From the NCBI GenBank assembly GCA_963708075.1, contig OY970194.1, positions 5,216,001-5,280,000 on the forward strand: 64,000 nucleotides of DNA, given 5' to 3'. Positions 50,081 to 62,081 of the stretch are shown in pieces (the first letter of the stretch is position 1; each line of letters opens with the position of its first letter). The notes beneath the pieces are model-generated. The model made no database searches. It was not told the origin of the DNA and saw only the letters and a program-made list of their open reading frames with translations. A program made the translations under genes and the position numbers. The DNA comes from Sedimentisphaerales bacterium (GTDB lineage Bacteria > Planctomycetota > Phycisphaerae > Sedimentisphaerales > Anaerobacaceae).

Positions 50081-51190
50081 ATGAGAGTCAGTTTTAACCG
50101 TTCTGCGCTGGCCGAGGCGCTGAGCCTGGTGTTGTCGGTGGTTCCGAGCCGGACGCCGAAACCTGTTCTCAAGTGCGTGCGGATCACCGCCTCGGGCAAA
50201 GAAGTGAGAATCTGTGCGACTGACCTTGAGGTGGGCCTGAACCACCTGATCTCGGAGGTGGAGGTCGAGCGCGAGGGCGAGGCGGTCGTCGAGGCGGACC
50301 GTCTGTCGGCGATTGTCCGCGAGAGCGCTGAGGATGTCCTGGTGTTCGACGTGGAGGGCACGACGTGCCAGATTCGCGGCGCGGACAGCCGCTTCACGAT
50401 CTATGGCCAGGATCCGAAGCAATACCCGACGGTGCGCACGCTGGCCGAGGGCGAGGCGGACCTCCAAATGAGCCTCCAGCAGTTGCAGTTAGGCATTCAG
50501 CAGTCGCTGTTCGCCACGGCCAAGGAGAGCAGCCGCTACGCCATCAACGGCGTCCTCTGGGAGGTCAAGGGCAAGAAGCTCATGTTCGTCGCCACGGACG
50601 GCAGACGGTTGGCACGCTGCCGGGTGGACCTCGAAAAAGCACCCGCCAAAGACATGGCCGAGCGCAAGATGATCGTGCCCGCCAAGACGATGGCCTTGCT
50701 CGAAAAGATTGGCTCGCACGACAAAGAGAGCGTCGCGGTCAAGCTGATCGAGAACCAGGTGCTCATCAAGTACGCCAACGTCGTGGTCAGCTCCAACCTC
50801 GTCGAGGGCAACTTCCCGAAGTACGAGGACATCATCCCGAGCGACTATGATAAGAAGTTGTCGTTGTCCACGGAAGCGGTGTTCAGCGCGGTCCGACGGG
50901 CGGCGCTGCTGACCAGTGAAGAATCAAAGGGCATCAAGTTCTCCGTGGGGAAAGATGCGCTGGTGTTTTCCGGGAGTTCGCCGGAGGCCGGCGCCGCGGA
51001 GGTCAGCATGCCCATCGAGTATAAAGGGCAGCCCATTGAGATTGGGTTCAACCCGCAGTTTTTGACGGATGTGCTTCGGGTGATTCAGACGCCCGAATTT
51101 GACTTGGAACTGGGCCAGTCGGATCGTCCCGGCGTGCTGAAAAGCGGCACCGATTTTCTCTACGTGCTGATGCCGATCAACATCGGCTGA
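50081..51190 (+). CDS. dnaN: DNA polymerase III beta clamp
   Basis: ATDLEVG, SRYAINGV, VATDGRRLA, EGNFPKY, IGFNP, YVLMP; 369 aa. Confidence 0.97.
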   Translation: MRVSFNRSALAEALSLVLSVVPSRTPKPVLKCVRITASGKEVRICATDLEVGLNHLISEVEVEREGEAVVEADRLSAIVRESAEDVLVFDVEGTTCQIRGADSRFTIYGQDPKQYPTVRTLAEGEADLQMSLQQLQLGIQQSLFATAKESSRYAINGVLWEVKGKKLMFVATDGRRLARCRVDLEKAPAKDMAERKMIVPAKTMALLEKIGSHDKESVAVKLIENQVLIKYANVVVSSNLVEGNFPKYEDIIPSDYDKKLSLSTEAVFSAVRRAALLTSEESKGIKFSVGKDALVFSGSSPEAGAAEVSMPIEYKGQPIEIGFNPQFLTDVLRVIQTPEFDLELGQSDRPGVLKSGTDFLYVLMPINIG

Positions 51191-51262
51191 CCAGTGCCGC
51201 CGTGGTGATGAAAAGCGAAAGTGGGCCGTGATGGCCGCGCGATTGGAGTTCGGGAACCAGGG

Positions 51263-51568
51263 ATGGGCGTGGAGAAAAAGAAGGACGCGTGCAGGCTTGG
51301 CGACCTGCTGCCCGAGTTCGTGCGGGCCTTGGGGCCCGTTCACGATCGGTTCGATTCTGTGGCCGAGGCTTGGGACGACCTGTTGCCGGACAATCTGCGC
51401 AGCCATTGCCGGCTCGGGAGCTTCTCCGATGGCTGTGTGAAAGTCCTGGCCGACGGCTCCAGTTATATCTATGAGCTGCAGCTATGCAAAGCGGTTCTGC
51501 TGCGGGAATTGCAGCGATTGTGCCCGGGGGCAAGGGTCCGGCGGATTGAGGTCGCCATGACCCGCTGA
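51263..51568 (+). CDS. dciA: DUF721/DciA family protein; start uncertain
   Basis: Between dnaN and gyrB; LGDLL..AW..L..HCR..G..V.AD..YEL pattern. Confidence 0.75.
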   Translation: MGVEKKKDACRLGDLLPEFVRALGPVHDRFDSVAEAWDDLLPDNLRSHCRLGSFSDGCVKVLADGSSYIYELQLCKAVLLRELQRLCPGARVRRIEVAMTR

Positions 51569-51686
51569 CCGAACGATTTGGGGACGCCGAACGTATAAAA
51601 TAGATTGGATCTCTGCAGGCAGGAGAGGGCTTTTTACGATAAAAAAGAGGAGTCGCTCTGCGGCGATCCGGTAGTGTTTAGAGTAG

Positions 51687-54188
<2,502 letters not shown>

Positions 54189-54297
54189 GTGGGCGTCAGA
54201 GAACGAAAAATGATCGGGCCGGCTCCTGGTGGGCCGGCCCGCTGTGTTTTCACTTCGAGTTGCCTGTACCGGTTACGGTTGAGTATGTCGTGTCTGC

Positions 54298-54379
54298 GGG
54301 TGGCAGCGGCAAGCGCGAGCTTGCCGATGGTTTGGTCTATTCGCCATCGGCAAAGCCTTCGGCCTTGCCGATGCCACCC
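54298..54379. repeat. Family A REP-like doublet
   Basis: GGGTGGCAGCGGCAAGCGCGAGCTTGCCGATGG...GCCACCC. Confidence 0.8.
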
Positions 54380-54423
54380 GGGACATGGACTACGCAAACT
54401 GCAAAGCTCAGGCCAAATCCGGA

Positions 54424-55443
54424 TCAGCGCGAGATGGAGGCCGGTGGTTGAGTCGCAGGCGGCTCGGCGATTTGCGGCTGGGCGGCGGACCAGAGGGCCT
54501 GAACCTTGGGGGCGAATTGCTCGAGTGTCAGTTTGCCGGCGGCGAGGGCGTCCACATCCGCCTTGCTGATGCGCAGGACGAGGGTGGCCGCCGGGTCGGC
54601 CGCCGGGTTGTCGGCTCGCCTGGCGCCCATCGGCGCTGGGCCGGTCGAGCGAGGCCCTGAAGCGTAGAACTCCCTCATAAGTCTCTGGTGCGATGTGCCC
54701 GTGGAGCTTCCGGCATAGGTGCCGACCACCAGCGTGATCTGGTCGTCGGGGCGGACCCGCAGATTGGCCGCGTGGCGCAGCGTCTTGATCAGCGTCGCCT
54801 TGAGGTTCTCCACTCTCTGTCCGTCGTAGGCCGGGCCGGTCTTCTCGGCATCTCGCTTCTCTTCCTGTCCCCGAAGCTCGTTCATCGTCTGCGACCAGAC
54901 GCGGTCGGCGGATTCGTCCGGCTTGGGCTCTTCCTTCTGTTGCGGTGGCGGCACCAGCGGGAAATCCACCTGCACGAAGAACACGACGCCGTATCCGTCC
55001 AGGTAAAGGCCCTGGCTGCGCCCGGTCTGCTGCATGAGAAGGCGGCCGAGCGAACTGCCCTTGCCCATATAAATGGAAGCGCCGGTTGAGCGTTTGCCCG
55101 GATAGAGCGTCTTATCGAGGATCCGGCACATCACGGTCAGGTCCTCGGTGATGGCGGTGAGGGCCTCGGGCTTGAGGTCCGGCCCGGGCACCACGAGCAC
55201 CATCTCGCGGGCCTGGTCCTCCAAGTCACCGATCCGCAGAGGCTGATTGCCTGCAATCACAACCGACCTCGCGCCCGGCTCTTTTGTAGCCAGAACCGCA
55301 GTCGCCGGCGCCACGCCTGATGAGGCGGCGCCGGGCTGCTGTTGGACAAGAGACGGCCACACCACGGAAGTGCCGGCCGAGGACTGAGCCATGGCGTTGG
55401 TCAGAGAGATAAGCAGGATCGTGACGGTTACAAGCGTCTTCAT
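54424..55443 (-). CDS. Secreted hypothetical protein, paralog of 55463-56419
   Basis: Signal peptide; shares VLVVPG, EDL.VM.RI, GYG..FF.QVD.PL.PPP, LI.TL.HA.N.R, KADVD. Confidence 0.8.
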   Translation of the reverse strand: MKTLVTVTILLISLTNAMAQSSAGTSVVWPSLVQQQPGAASSGVAPATAVLATKEPGARSVVIAGNQPLRIGDLEDQAREMVLVVPGPDLKPEALTAITEDLTVMCRILDKTLYPGKRSTGASIYMGKGSSLGRLLMQQTGRSQGLYLDGYGVVFFVQVDFPLVPPPQQKEEPKPDESADRVWSQTMNELRGQEEKRDAEKTGPAYDGQRVENLKATLIKTLRHAANLRVRPDDQITLVVGTYAGSSTGTSHQRLMREFYASGPRSTGPAPMGARRADNPAADPAATLVLRISKADVDALAAGKLTLEQFAPKVQALWSAAQPQIAEPPATQPPASISR

Positions 55444-55462
55444 AGGTATTCTCCCGGGAAGG

Positions 55463-56419
55463 TTAATAGGTGACGGTCTGCACGCGCTGTTCGAATTGCT
55501 TCTGGTCGAGCTGGCCTTTCGCGTACTGGTCCACGTCGGCTTTGGTCGCCCGCAACATCAGCACGGTTCTGCCGGCCGGTGCCGCGACCAGGGGCAGTCC
55601 TGTGGGTACAGGCGACGAGCCTTGTGCCGCCGCCGGCGCGACTCCTTGAACGACAATGGTGACCCATTCCCCAGGTTCGAGGACACGGATATTCGTCGCG
55701 TGCTTGAGTGTGGCGATCAGGGCATTGCGGAGGGTATCCACCTGCTCGCGGCTGTAGGGTTCCGGGGTCTCGCCCTCCTCCTGCGGCAGCATCGGCCGTG
55801 CCTGAGGATCCAGGACGGACCGCTTCGCGTCGGCCCACACAGGATCTTCCTGCTGGCCGGCAGGCTGTTCCTGCGGCGTCTCGGGCGGAGGCAACAACGG
55901 GTAATCGACCTGAATGAAGAACAGCGCGCCATAGCCGCCGACGTACATGGGCTTGGCTCGACCGACGGCGGGGAACAGCGTCACCGGGCCCATGCCGGTC
56001 CACACTGACATGTTGTAACTCTTATACTCGATCATCCCCCAAAGGCCTCCAGCGGTGGAATACTCGCCGAGTGCGTTCTTCTCGATGATCCGGCTCATGA
56101 CGCTGAGGTCCTCGACGGCTTGGCCGAGCGCCTGCTCATCCAGCGGCTTGCCCGGAACGACCAGAACCGGCTCCGTCAAAGACCCGACGCCGGCTGCCTC
56201 GCTGAGCAACGAGTTGTAGAGTTTAAGCGACTGCTGTTGGGCAGCGGACACGCCACTAGTCGGAGCATTCGTAGCGACGGTTGGTTGAACTGCACCGGCG
56301 CGTGGCGCCGTGACCGGCGCAGTTGTGGCCTCCTGCATTGCGGCGGCGCAGGGCGTGATGCCAGCGGCGAATACGAGGAGGAACATCTGGCGACGGTAGG
56401 TTCGATGTGAAAAGCTCAT
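55463..56419 (-). CDS. Secreted hypothetical protein, paralog of 54424-55443
   Basis: Signal peptide; same motifs; start overlaps the upstream stop (ATGA). Confidence 0.8.
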   Translation of the reverse strand: MSFSHRTYRRQMFLLVFAAGITPCAAAMQEATTAPVTAPRAGAVQPTVATNAPTSGVSAAQQQSLKLYNSLLSEAAGVGSLTEPVLVVPGKPLDEQALGQAVEDLSVMSRIIEKNALGEYSTAGGLWGMIEYKSYNMSVWTGMGPVTLFPAVGRAKPMYVGGYGALFFIQVDYPLLPPPETPQEQPAGQQEDPVWADAKRSVLDPQARPMLPQEEGETPEPYSREQVDTLRNALIATLKHATNIRVLEPGEWVTIVVQGVAPAAAQGSSPVPTGLPLVAAPAGRTVLMLRATKADVDQYAKGQLDQKQFEQRVQTVTY

Positions 56420-57153
56420 TCTTCGATCCTTTCATTGGGAGTATCTGCGGGCGAGCGCTGGGGCAGTTCAACCTTTTGCGGTGGCTCCTCGATGACGAAC
56501 CGCGCCAGCACCTTCTTCGTTCGTGCAAACTCATCTTCCGTCCGGTAGGCGAGCGTCTGCAGGCCGGCGGCGAGTTGCGTCTTGTCCTGCATGCGTTTGG
56601 CCTCGATCTGCGCCAGCGCCAGCGCGATCCTCCGCTGGTCTGTGGCTTGGGTGGTGTCGATGGTCTGAAGCAGATCGGCCAGGAGTGCGTTCGTGGTTGC
56701 GTTGGAAGCGGCCAGCGTCTGGATGGCAAAGCGGTTCAAATCGTCGCGGTACTGCTGCGTAAGTTCCTCTTTCAGCCGGACATACGTGCCGGCCAGCGCC
56801 AGTTGATAATCGTCCTTTATCTCCTGCCCGAGCTTCTGCCGCAGCGCAGGCTCCAGGGATGCTGCGATCGACGGCGTCAGTGCCTCCCGAAGCTGTCCCG
56901 CGTCCGGTGCAGCGAGCCGCCCGGCGAGGTAGCCCACCAGGAGGAACACCGCCGCCGCGGCCGCGAACTTCAGGCCGATGTGAGTGCGGAGTGGAAGCAG
57001 GCTTGTGCCCGATTCCGCATTCCGCATTCCGCATTCCGCAATTCGCTTGGCCGTCTCATCAAGCACCTGCTGGGGCAGGGGATTTGCCCGTCCCTGCTTT
57101 CGCAACTGCTCGATGGCGTCGGCGAGAATATCTTTCTCATGTCTCTTTCGCAT
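56416..57153 (-). CDS. Putative single-TM anti-sigma factor with coiled-coil C-terminus
   Basis: Follows the ECF sigma gene; KFAAAAAVFLLVGYLAG TM; SD GAGGTG before ATG 57153. Confidence 0.6.
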   Translation of the reverse strand: MRKRHEKDILADAIEQLRKQGRANPLPQQVLDETAKRIAECGMRNAESGTSLLPLRTHIGLKFAAAAAVFLLVGYLAGRLAAPDAGQLREALTPSIAASLEPALRQKLGQEIKDDYQLALAGTYVRLKEELTQQYRDDLNRFAIQTLAASNATTNALLADLLQTIDTTQATDQRRIALALAQIEAKRMQDKTQLAAGLQTLAYRTEDEFARTKKVLARFVIEEPPQKVELPQRSPADTPNERIEE

Positions 57154-57200
57154 TGGACACCTCGTGAGTCTCAGCTCTTGACCCAACCGGAGCGGGTGAT

Positions 57201-57280
57201 GGGTCGCAGCGGCAAGCGCAGCTTGCCGATGGTTTGCCCATCCGCCATCGGCAAAGCCTTCGGCCTTGCCGATGCCACCC
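57201..57280. repeat. Family A REP-like doublet between sigma and anti-sigma genes
   Basis: GGGTCGCAGCGGCAAGCGCAGCTTGCCGATGG...GATGCCACCC. Confidence 0.8.
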
Positions 57281-57305
57281 GATGCTTGCAGCACGCCACA
57301 CGGCT

Positions 57306-57833
57306 CTACTCGTCATTAGTACTACCACCTTCGCTCTGCGTTGCCGTCAGGGCGGCGCGGAGCCTGGCCTTGGCGCGGTAGAGTGACACGCCGACGACGT
57401 TGATCGCGATATTCAGCTCCCGGGCGATCTGCCGGTAACTCATGTCATTCAAATATCTTAGGCAAAACACCCTCGCCTCCTGCGGGGGCAATCTGGCGAT
57501 CTGCTCTCTCAATTGCGACGCCAACTCGTTCACATGCGCCTGATCGAGCGGGTCCGGCTGGCTGCTGGTCGGCTCGTGATCGCTCGAATCCGTCCGGCGT
57601 TGCTCCTGGCGGCTTCTCTGGCGGAGCCTGTCGATGGCCCGGGTCGTGGCCAGCCGCACCAGAAGGCCCGGCACGTTCCGCACCGGCTCGCGGCAGGCAA
57701 TCTCGAACGCCGCGAGGAACGTCTCCTGGAAGCAATCCGCGGCGTCGCTGTGGTTGGCCAACAGCCTGTAGGCGGTCTGCCACACGGCCGGACCGTGATC
57801 CCGCACAATGGCCTGCCAGTCATGTCCTTGCAA
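57306..57833 (-). CDS. ECF RNA polymerase sigma factor
   Basis: DAADCFQETF, RAIDRLR, LPPQEARVF.LRY..MSYRQIA..L.RAKARLR. Confidence 0.93.
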   Translation of the reverse strand: MQGHDWQAIVRDHGPAVWQTAYRLLANHSDAADCFQETFLAAFEIACREPVRNVPGLLVRLATTRAIDRLRQRSRQEQRRTDSSDHEPTSSQPDPLDQAHVNELASQLREQIARLPPQEARVFCLRYLNDMSYRQIARELNIAINVVGVSLYRAKARLRAALTATQSEGGSTNDE

Positions 57834-57887
57834 GGAACGTCCTCGTCAGCAACTCACTATCTGCTTGTTCACGTCTGTGCGCATATA

Positions 57888-57915
57888 TGTCGCCCGGCAC
57901 GATGGTTTTATTACA
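57888..57915 (-). promoter_or_regulatory. Possible ECF autoregulatory promoter
   Basis: Minus strand TGTAAT-N17-CGACA about 55 nt upstream of the sigma start. Confidence 0.35.
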
Positions 57916-58081
57916 TCCGCGACTACTTGGCATCAGACCACGCAAGAAAACTGCAACATTCTTGGCCCTTCGCGATTTTTTCGCTTGCTTTTTTTCGCGG
58001 ACCTTAGCAGAATACGTCCCGTCGATCCTACGACGCTGGCAGCTTGGAGGCGCAAACGTAGGGATGCTTTGGAGGCGTTCA

Positions 58082-58777
58082 ATGACGCTTGGATATACGG
58101 ATATAACGCAGGTGGCGAGGAAGTTTCTGGTGTACGGTCTGCCGGCGTATGTCCTGATTATTTTGGGGGGTTGTGCGGGAACGGCAGCGCCGGCGCCGCC
58201 GGTCGATACCACCGGCAACGTGGCGGTTGACCAGACCGAGGCGCAGTTGCTTGCCGAGCTCAACAAGAAGTTCGAGAACCCCCAGGTGCACTACGAGCTG
58301 GCCCGTCTGTACCACAAGTCACAGAACTGGAACAAGGCGGAGTACCACTACATCCGGGCGATCAGCTTCGATCCGGGCAATAAGGCAGCTCAGGCAGGCT
58401 TGGTCAAGATGTTCGCCGACTCCGGGGACAAGCCCAAGGCGGAGCAATTCGCCAACGGGTACATTCGTCAGGCGGCCCTTTCCGTCGCGGAGACGTTGAA
58501 GCTCGGCTGGGAGTTCGAGCAGCTCGGGATGGACGATTATGCGTTGCGGTGCTACAAGCAGGCGGTCGCCGCCGGTCCGGATTCCGACGCGGCCAATAAG
58601 CAGATTGGAATGTATTACCTCCACAAGGGCGACAAGACCAGCGCCAAGCAGTACCTGATGAAGAGCTTTGAGTTGAATCCGAGACAGCCGGATGTCGCCG
58701 GGGAGCTCGGCCGGCTCGGCGTCGTTGTCCAGACGCCGGGGATACCCGAGGGGCCCCTGGAGGAGAAGAAAAAGTAA
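58082..58777 (+). CDS. TPR-repeat lipoprotein
   Basis: Lipobox LGGC; TPR-like helices. Confidence 0.8.
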   Translation: MTLGYTDITQVARKFLVYGLPAYVLIILGGCAGTAAPAPPVDTTGNVAVDQTEAQLLAELNKKFENPQVHYELARLYHKSQNWNKAEYHYIRAISFDPGNKAAQAGLVKMFADSGDKPKAEQFANGYIRQAALSVAETLKLGWEFEQLGMDDYALRCYKQAVAAGPDSDAANKQIGMYYLHKGDKTSAKQYLMKSFELNPRQPDVAGELGRLGVVVQTPGIPEGPLEEKKK

Positions 58778-58856
58778 AGCAAGGAGCCAGTGCTCAGTTG
58801 TTGGTGGCCACTGGAGGGCTCAAACTGGCAACTGTAGTATACAGGCTTTTTCATTG

Positions 58857-58895
58857 CCCCGTGGCGAACGGATGCGCTGCGGGGTTTTTTATTTT
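58857..58895 (+). terminator. Intrinsic terminator
   Basis: CCCCGTGGCG / CGCTGCGGGG stem then TTTTTTATTTT. Confidence 0.7.
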
Positions 58896-58921
58896 CACAG
58901 GTGCTTACGGGGAGAAGTACG

Positions 58922-60484
58922 ATGAGGTGGATGACGTCGTTGCTTGTCCTGTGGATCGGAGCCGTCTGCAGCGCCGGCAGCGCGCCGACGGCCGAGACAC
59001 TCTATGATATTCGCGCCCACGGCGCCATTGCTGACGGCCGCACGCTGGCTACGGAGGCTATCCAGAAGGCGATCGATCGCTGTGCGGGTGCGGGCGGCGG
59101 CACAGTGTACTTCCCGCCCGGGCGATTCCTCTCCGGCACGATCTACCTCAAGAGCGGCGTGACCCTGCGGCTCGACGCCGGCTGCACGTTGCTGGGCAGC
59201 ACCAGCCTGAGGGATTACCCCCAAACCGTGCCGGCATTCCGGTCGTACACGGACAGCTACACCGACAAGAGCCTCATCTACGGCGAGAAACTCGAGCGGA
59301 TCGCCATCACCGGCCGCGGCGTCATCGACGGGCAGGGTGCGTCGTTCAAAGGCCCGTACAAGGTCCGGCCGTACATGATCCGCCTCATCGAATGCCGCGA
59401 TATAATCGTTGAGGGCGTCACGATCAAGGATTCGCCGATGTGGGTGCAACACTACCTCGCCTGCGACGATGTCCGCATCAGCGGTATCACGGTCAAAAGC
59501 CACGTCAATGCCAACAACGACGGCATCGATATCGACTCCTGCCGCAGGGTGATTGTCACCGGCTGCAACATCGATTCCGGCGACGATGCGATCGTGCTCA
59601 AGAGCACCTCCGCAAGGCCGTGCACGGAGGTCGTCGTCAGCGACTGCGTCCTGCGGAGCACGTGCAACGCTCTGAAGATGGGGACCGAATCGAACGGCGG
59701 GTTCCAGAACATTGTACTCACCGGCTGCACGATCTACGACACGCACCTGGCGGGTGTCGCCCTGGAGATCGTCGATGGCGGGACGATGGACCGCATCGTC
59801 GTTTCCAATATTACGATGAGCGGCGTCGGCGCCCCGCTGTTCCTGCGGCTTGGCAATCGCGCTCGGCCCTTCAAAGAGGACATGGACAAGCCCGGCCTGG
59901 GCAGCATGCGCAATATCACAATCAGCAACATCGAGGCGACCGGGGCCAACCCGACCGGCTGTGCCTTGGCGGGGCTGCCCGAGGCGAAGATCGAGAACGT
60001 CACCTTGAGCAATATCCGCCTGTCGTTCGCAGGCGGCGGCACGACGGAACAGGCGTCCCGTGTCGTCCCGGAGGAGCCGGAGAAGTATCCCGAGTACGCG
60101 ATGTTCGGCCGATTGCCCGCTTACGGATTGTATGCCCGCCACATCAAGGGATTGAGACTGACGAACGTGCAACTGCAACTCGCGGGCGAGGACAAGCGTC
60201 ACGCTGTCGTTTTCGAAGGTGTGAAGGACGCAACAGTCGATGGTCTGGATGCCCCGTATTCCGACGGAGCCGCCTCGCTGCTTCGACTGGCCGATGTGCA
60301 GGATATCTTCGTTCGCAACTGCAGGCCGCCCGCGAACACACAGACGTTCCTGAGCCTGCAGGGCGCGCAAACCAGCGGCGTAACCCTCACAAGCAACGAC
60401 TTTCGCGGCGTCAAGAAGGTGGTCGAGGCGGGTGAAGGGGTCCCCCAGACCGCCGTCGCCCAACTCGCGAATCGAACGGACTGA
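58922..60484 (+). CDS. Glycoside hydrolase family 28 (polygalacturonase-like)
   Basis: AIQKAID, NNDGIDID, GDDAIVLKS, KMGTES; signal peptide. Confidence 0.92.
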   Translation: MRWMTSLLVLWIGAVCSAGSAPTAETLYDIRAHGAIADGRTLATEAIQKAIDRCAGAGGGTVYFPPGRFLSGTIYLKSGVTLRLDAGCTLLGSTSLRDYPQTVPAFRSYTDSYTDKSLIYGEKLERIAITGRGVIDGQGASFKGPYKVRPYMIRLIECRDIIVEGVTIKDSPMWVQHYLACDDVRISGITVKSHVNANNDGIDIDSCRRVIVTGCNIDSGDDAIVLKSTSARPCTEVVVSDCVLRSTCNALKMGTESNGGFQNIVLTGCTIYDTHLAGVALEIVDGGTMDRIVVSNITMSGVGAPLFLRLGNRARPFKEDMDKPGLGSMRNITISNIEATGANPTGCALAGLPEAKIENVTLSNIRLSFAGGGTTEQASRVVPEEPEKYPEYAMFGRLPAYGLYARHIKGLRLTNVQLQLAGEDKRHAVVFEGVKDATVDGLDAPYSDGAASLLRLADVQDIFVRNCRPPANTQTFLSLQGAQTSGVTLTSNDFRGVKKVVEAGEGVPQTAVAQLANRTD

Positions 60485-60503
60485 CACGCAGATAGTATAT
60501 GAT

Positions 60504-60594
60504 GGGTGGCACGGGCAAACTCGTTTGCCCGTGGGTCTCGGGTGATTGAGCCCGACCAAATCGGCACCGTCAAACGAGTTGGGCGGCGCCACCC
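60504..60594. repeat. Family D REP-like doublet
   Basis: GGGTGGCACGGGCAAACTCGTTTGCCCGTGGG...AAACGAGTTGGGCGGCGCCACCC; arm also at 31251-31283. Confidence 0.75.
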
Positions 60595-60614
60595 AGTGAT
60601 TAGGGAGTAGGAGT

Positions 60615-61867
60615 ATGGTTCTGGGCAAGTACTCGTTTGGGATCGGGGATCGGTTCGGGCATCAGGGCAAGGCGCAACTGGCGGCTCTGATCGAGGCGAA
60701 CAAGCGCGGCGTCGAGATCACGCCGGTGTGGAACAAGTCGAATCGCGAGCACAGTATCATCGGCACCAAGCCGGCGCATGTTCGTCGCGAGGCGGATGCC
60801 GCCGTCGCCGCATGGAGCTGGAAGGGGCCTTACTTCGTCGATGCGGACCATATCGGTCTGTCCAATGTCGATGGGTTTCTCGAAGCAAGCGACTTCTTCA
60901 CGCTCGATGTGGCCGAGTTCATTGGTCGGTCGGCCCCGTCGGCGGACGTTGATGCCTTCGTGGAGAAGCACAAGCATCTTCTCGGTTCCCATCGGATCGA
61001 GGGGATGGATGCGCCCATGGAGATCGACACCGTCCGACTGAAGATTATCGCGTCGAAGTATCTCGCCGCCATGCGGCAGGCGGGTGTCATCTATCGCCAT
61101 ATCGAGGCGGTCAAAGGTCCCGGCACCTTCATCACGGAGGTTCTCGATGGATGAGAACCGACACGCCGCAGACACCCATTGAGATGTTCGTCATTCTCGC
61201 TGCCATTGCTGAGGAGTGGATTCCCGCCGAGACTATCGCCCCGAAGTTCAGCGGCCGATTCAATAAAGGCGTCGATTACGTCGGCGACGTGGAGCAGTTC
61301 GCCCGCGAGTTCGAGCAGGACCTGGCCGTGATCCGGTACGCGGTCCGTGAGTTCGGCCTGCCGGAGGGCCTCAAGCTCAGCGTGCACTCCGGCAGCGACA
61401 AGTTCTCCATCTACGCGCCGATTCGAAAAGCGCTCGGCAAATTCAATGCCGGCCTGCACCTCAAGACCGCGGGCACTACCTGGCTGGAGGAGCTGATCGG
61501 CCTGGCCCTGGCCGGCGGCGAGGGCCTGGCCATCGCGAAGGAAATCTACACCAAGGCCCTGGCTCGCATGGACGAGTTGTGTGGTCCCTATGTCACAGTG
61601 ATCGATATAGATCGAGGCAAGCTGCCTGTGCCCGACGCGGTCGCCAAATGGGATGGCGAGCGATTCGCCGCGGCACTGCGACACAATCCCTCATGCCCAC
61701 AGTACAACCCCCACTTTCGCCAGCTCCTGCACGTCGGGTACAAGATCGCCGCCGAGCTGGGCCCCCGTTTCACCGACGCGCTCGAAAAATACGAGCCCAC
61801 AATCGCGCAGCAGGTCACGACCAATATTTACGAAAGGCACATCCGCCCGCTGTTTCTGAAGGCATAG
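60615..61867 (+). CDS. uxaE: Tagaturonate/fructuronate epimerase; two apparent 1-nt insertions at 61139-61159
   Basis: SFGIGDRF, YFVDADHI, KLSVHSGSDKFSIY, HLKTAGTTWLEE; removing two bases restores EVSMDETD. Confidence 0.88.
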
Positions 61868-61910
61868 GACCAATAGGCCCTATGCTCTATAGGAGTTCGA
61901 CCAGGGCGAC

Positions 61911-62005
61911 GGGTGGCAGCGGCAAGCGGAGTCTTCGGAGCTTGCCGATGGCGTTGGCGCATATCTCACGAGCCATCGGCAAGCTTGCGCTTGCCGCTGC
62001 CACCC
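61911..62005. repeat. Family A REP-like doublet
   Basis: GGGTGGCAGCGGCAAGC...GCTTGCCGCTGCCACCC. Confidence 0.8.
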
Positions 62006-62081
62006 ATCATAAGTCTTGAATGCAGGAGGCGTGCACCCACCTTGACAGGGCTGGATGCATGGAACCGATGGGAGCTGTGCT

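Noticed and set aside
57154..57294. N-terminal extension of the anti-sigma ORF
   Set aside because: It is a translation of the family A repeat; an SD supports ATG 57153.
60615..61867. uxaE, larA-like, Gfo/Idh/MocA and methyltransferase as true pseudogenes or programmed frameshifts
   Set aside because: Otherwise intact, no slippery sites, and the indels share sequence contexts; sequencing error is more likely.
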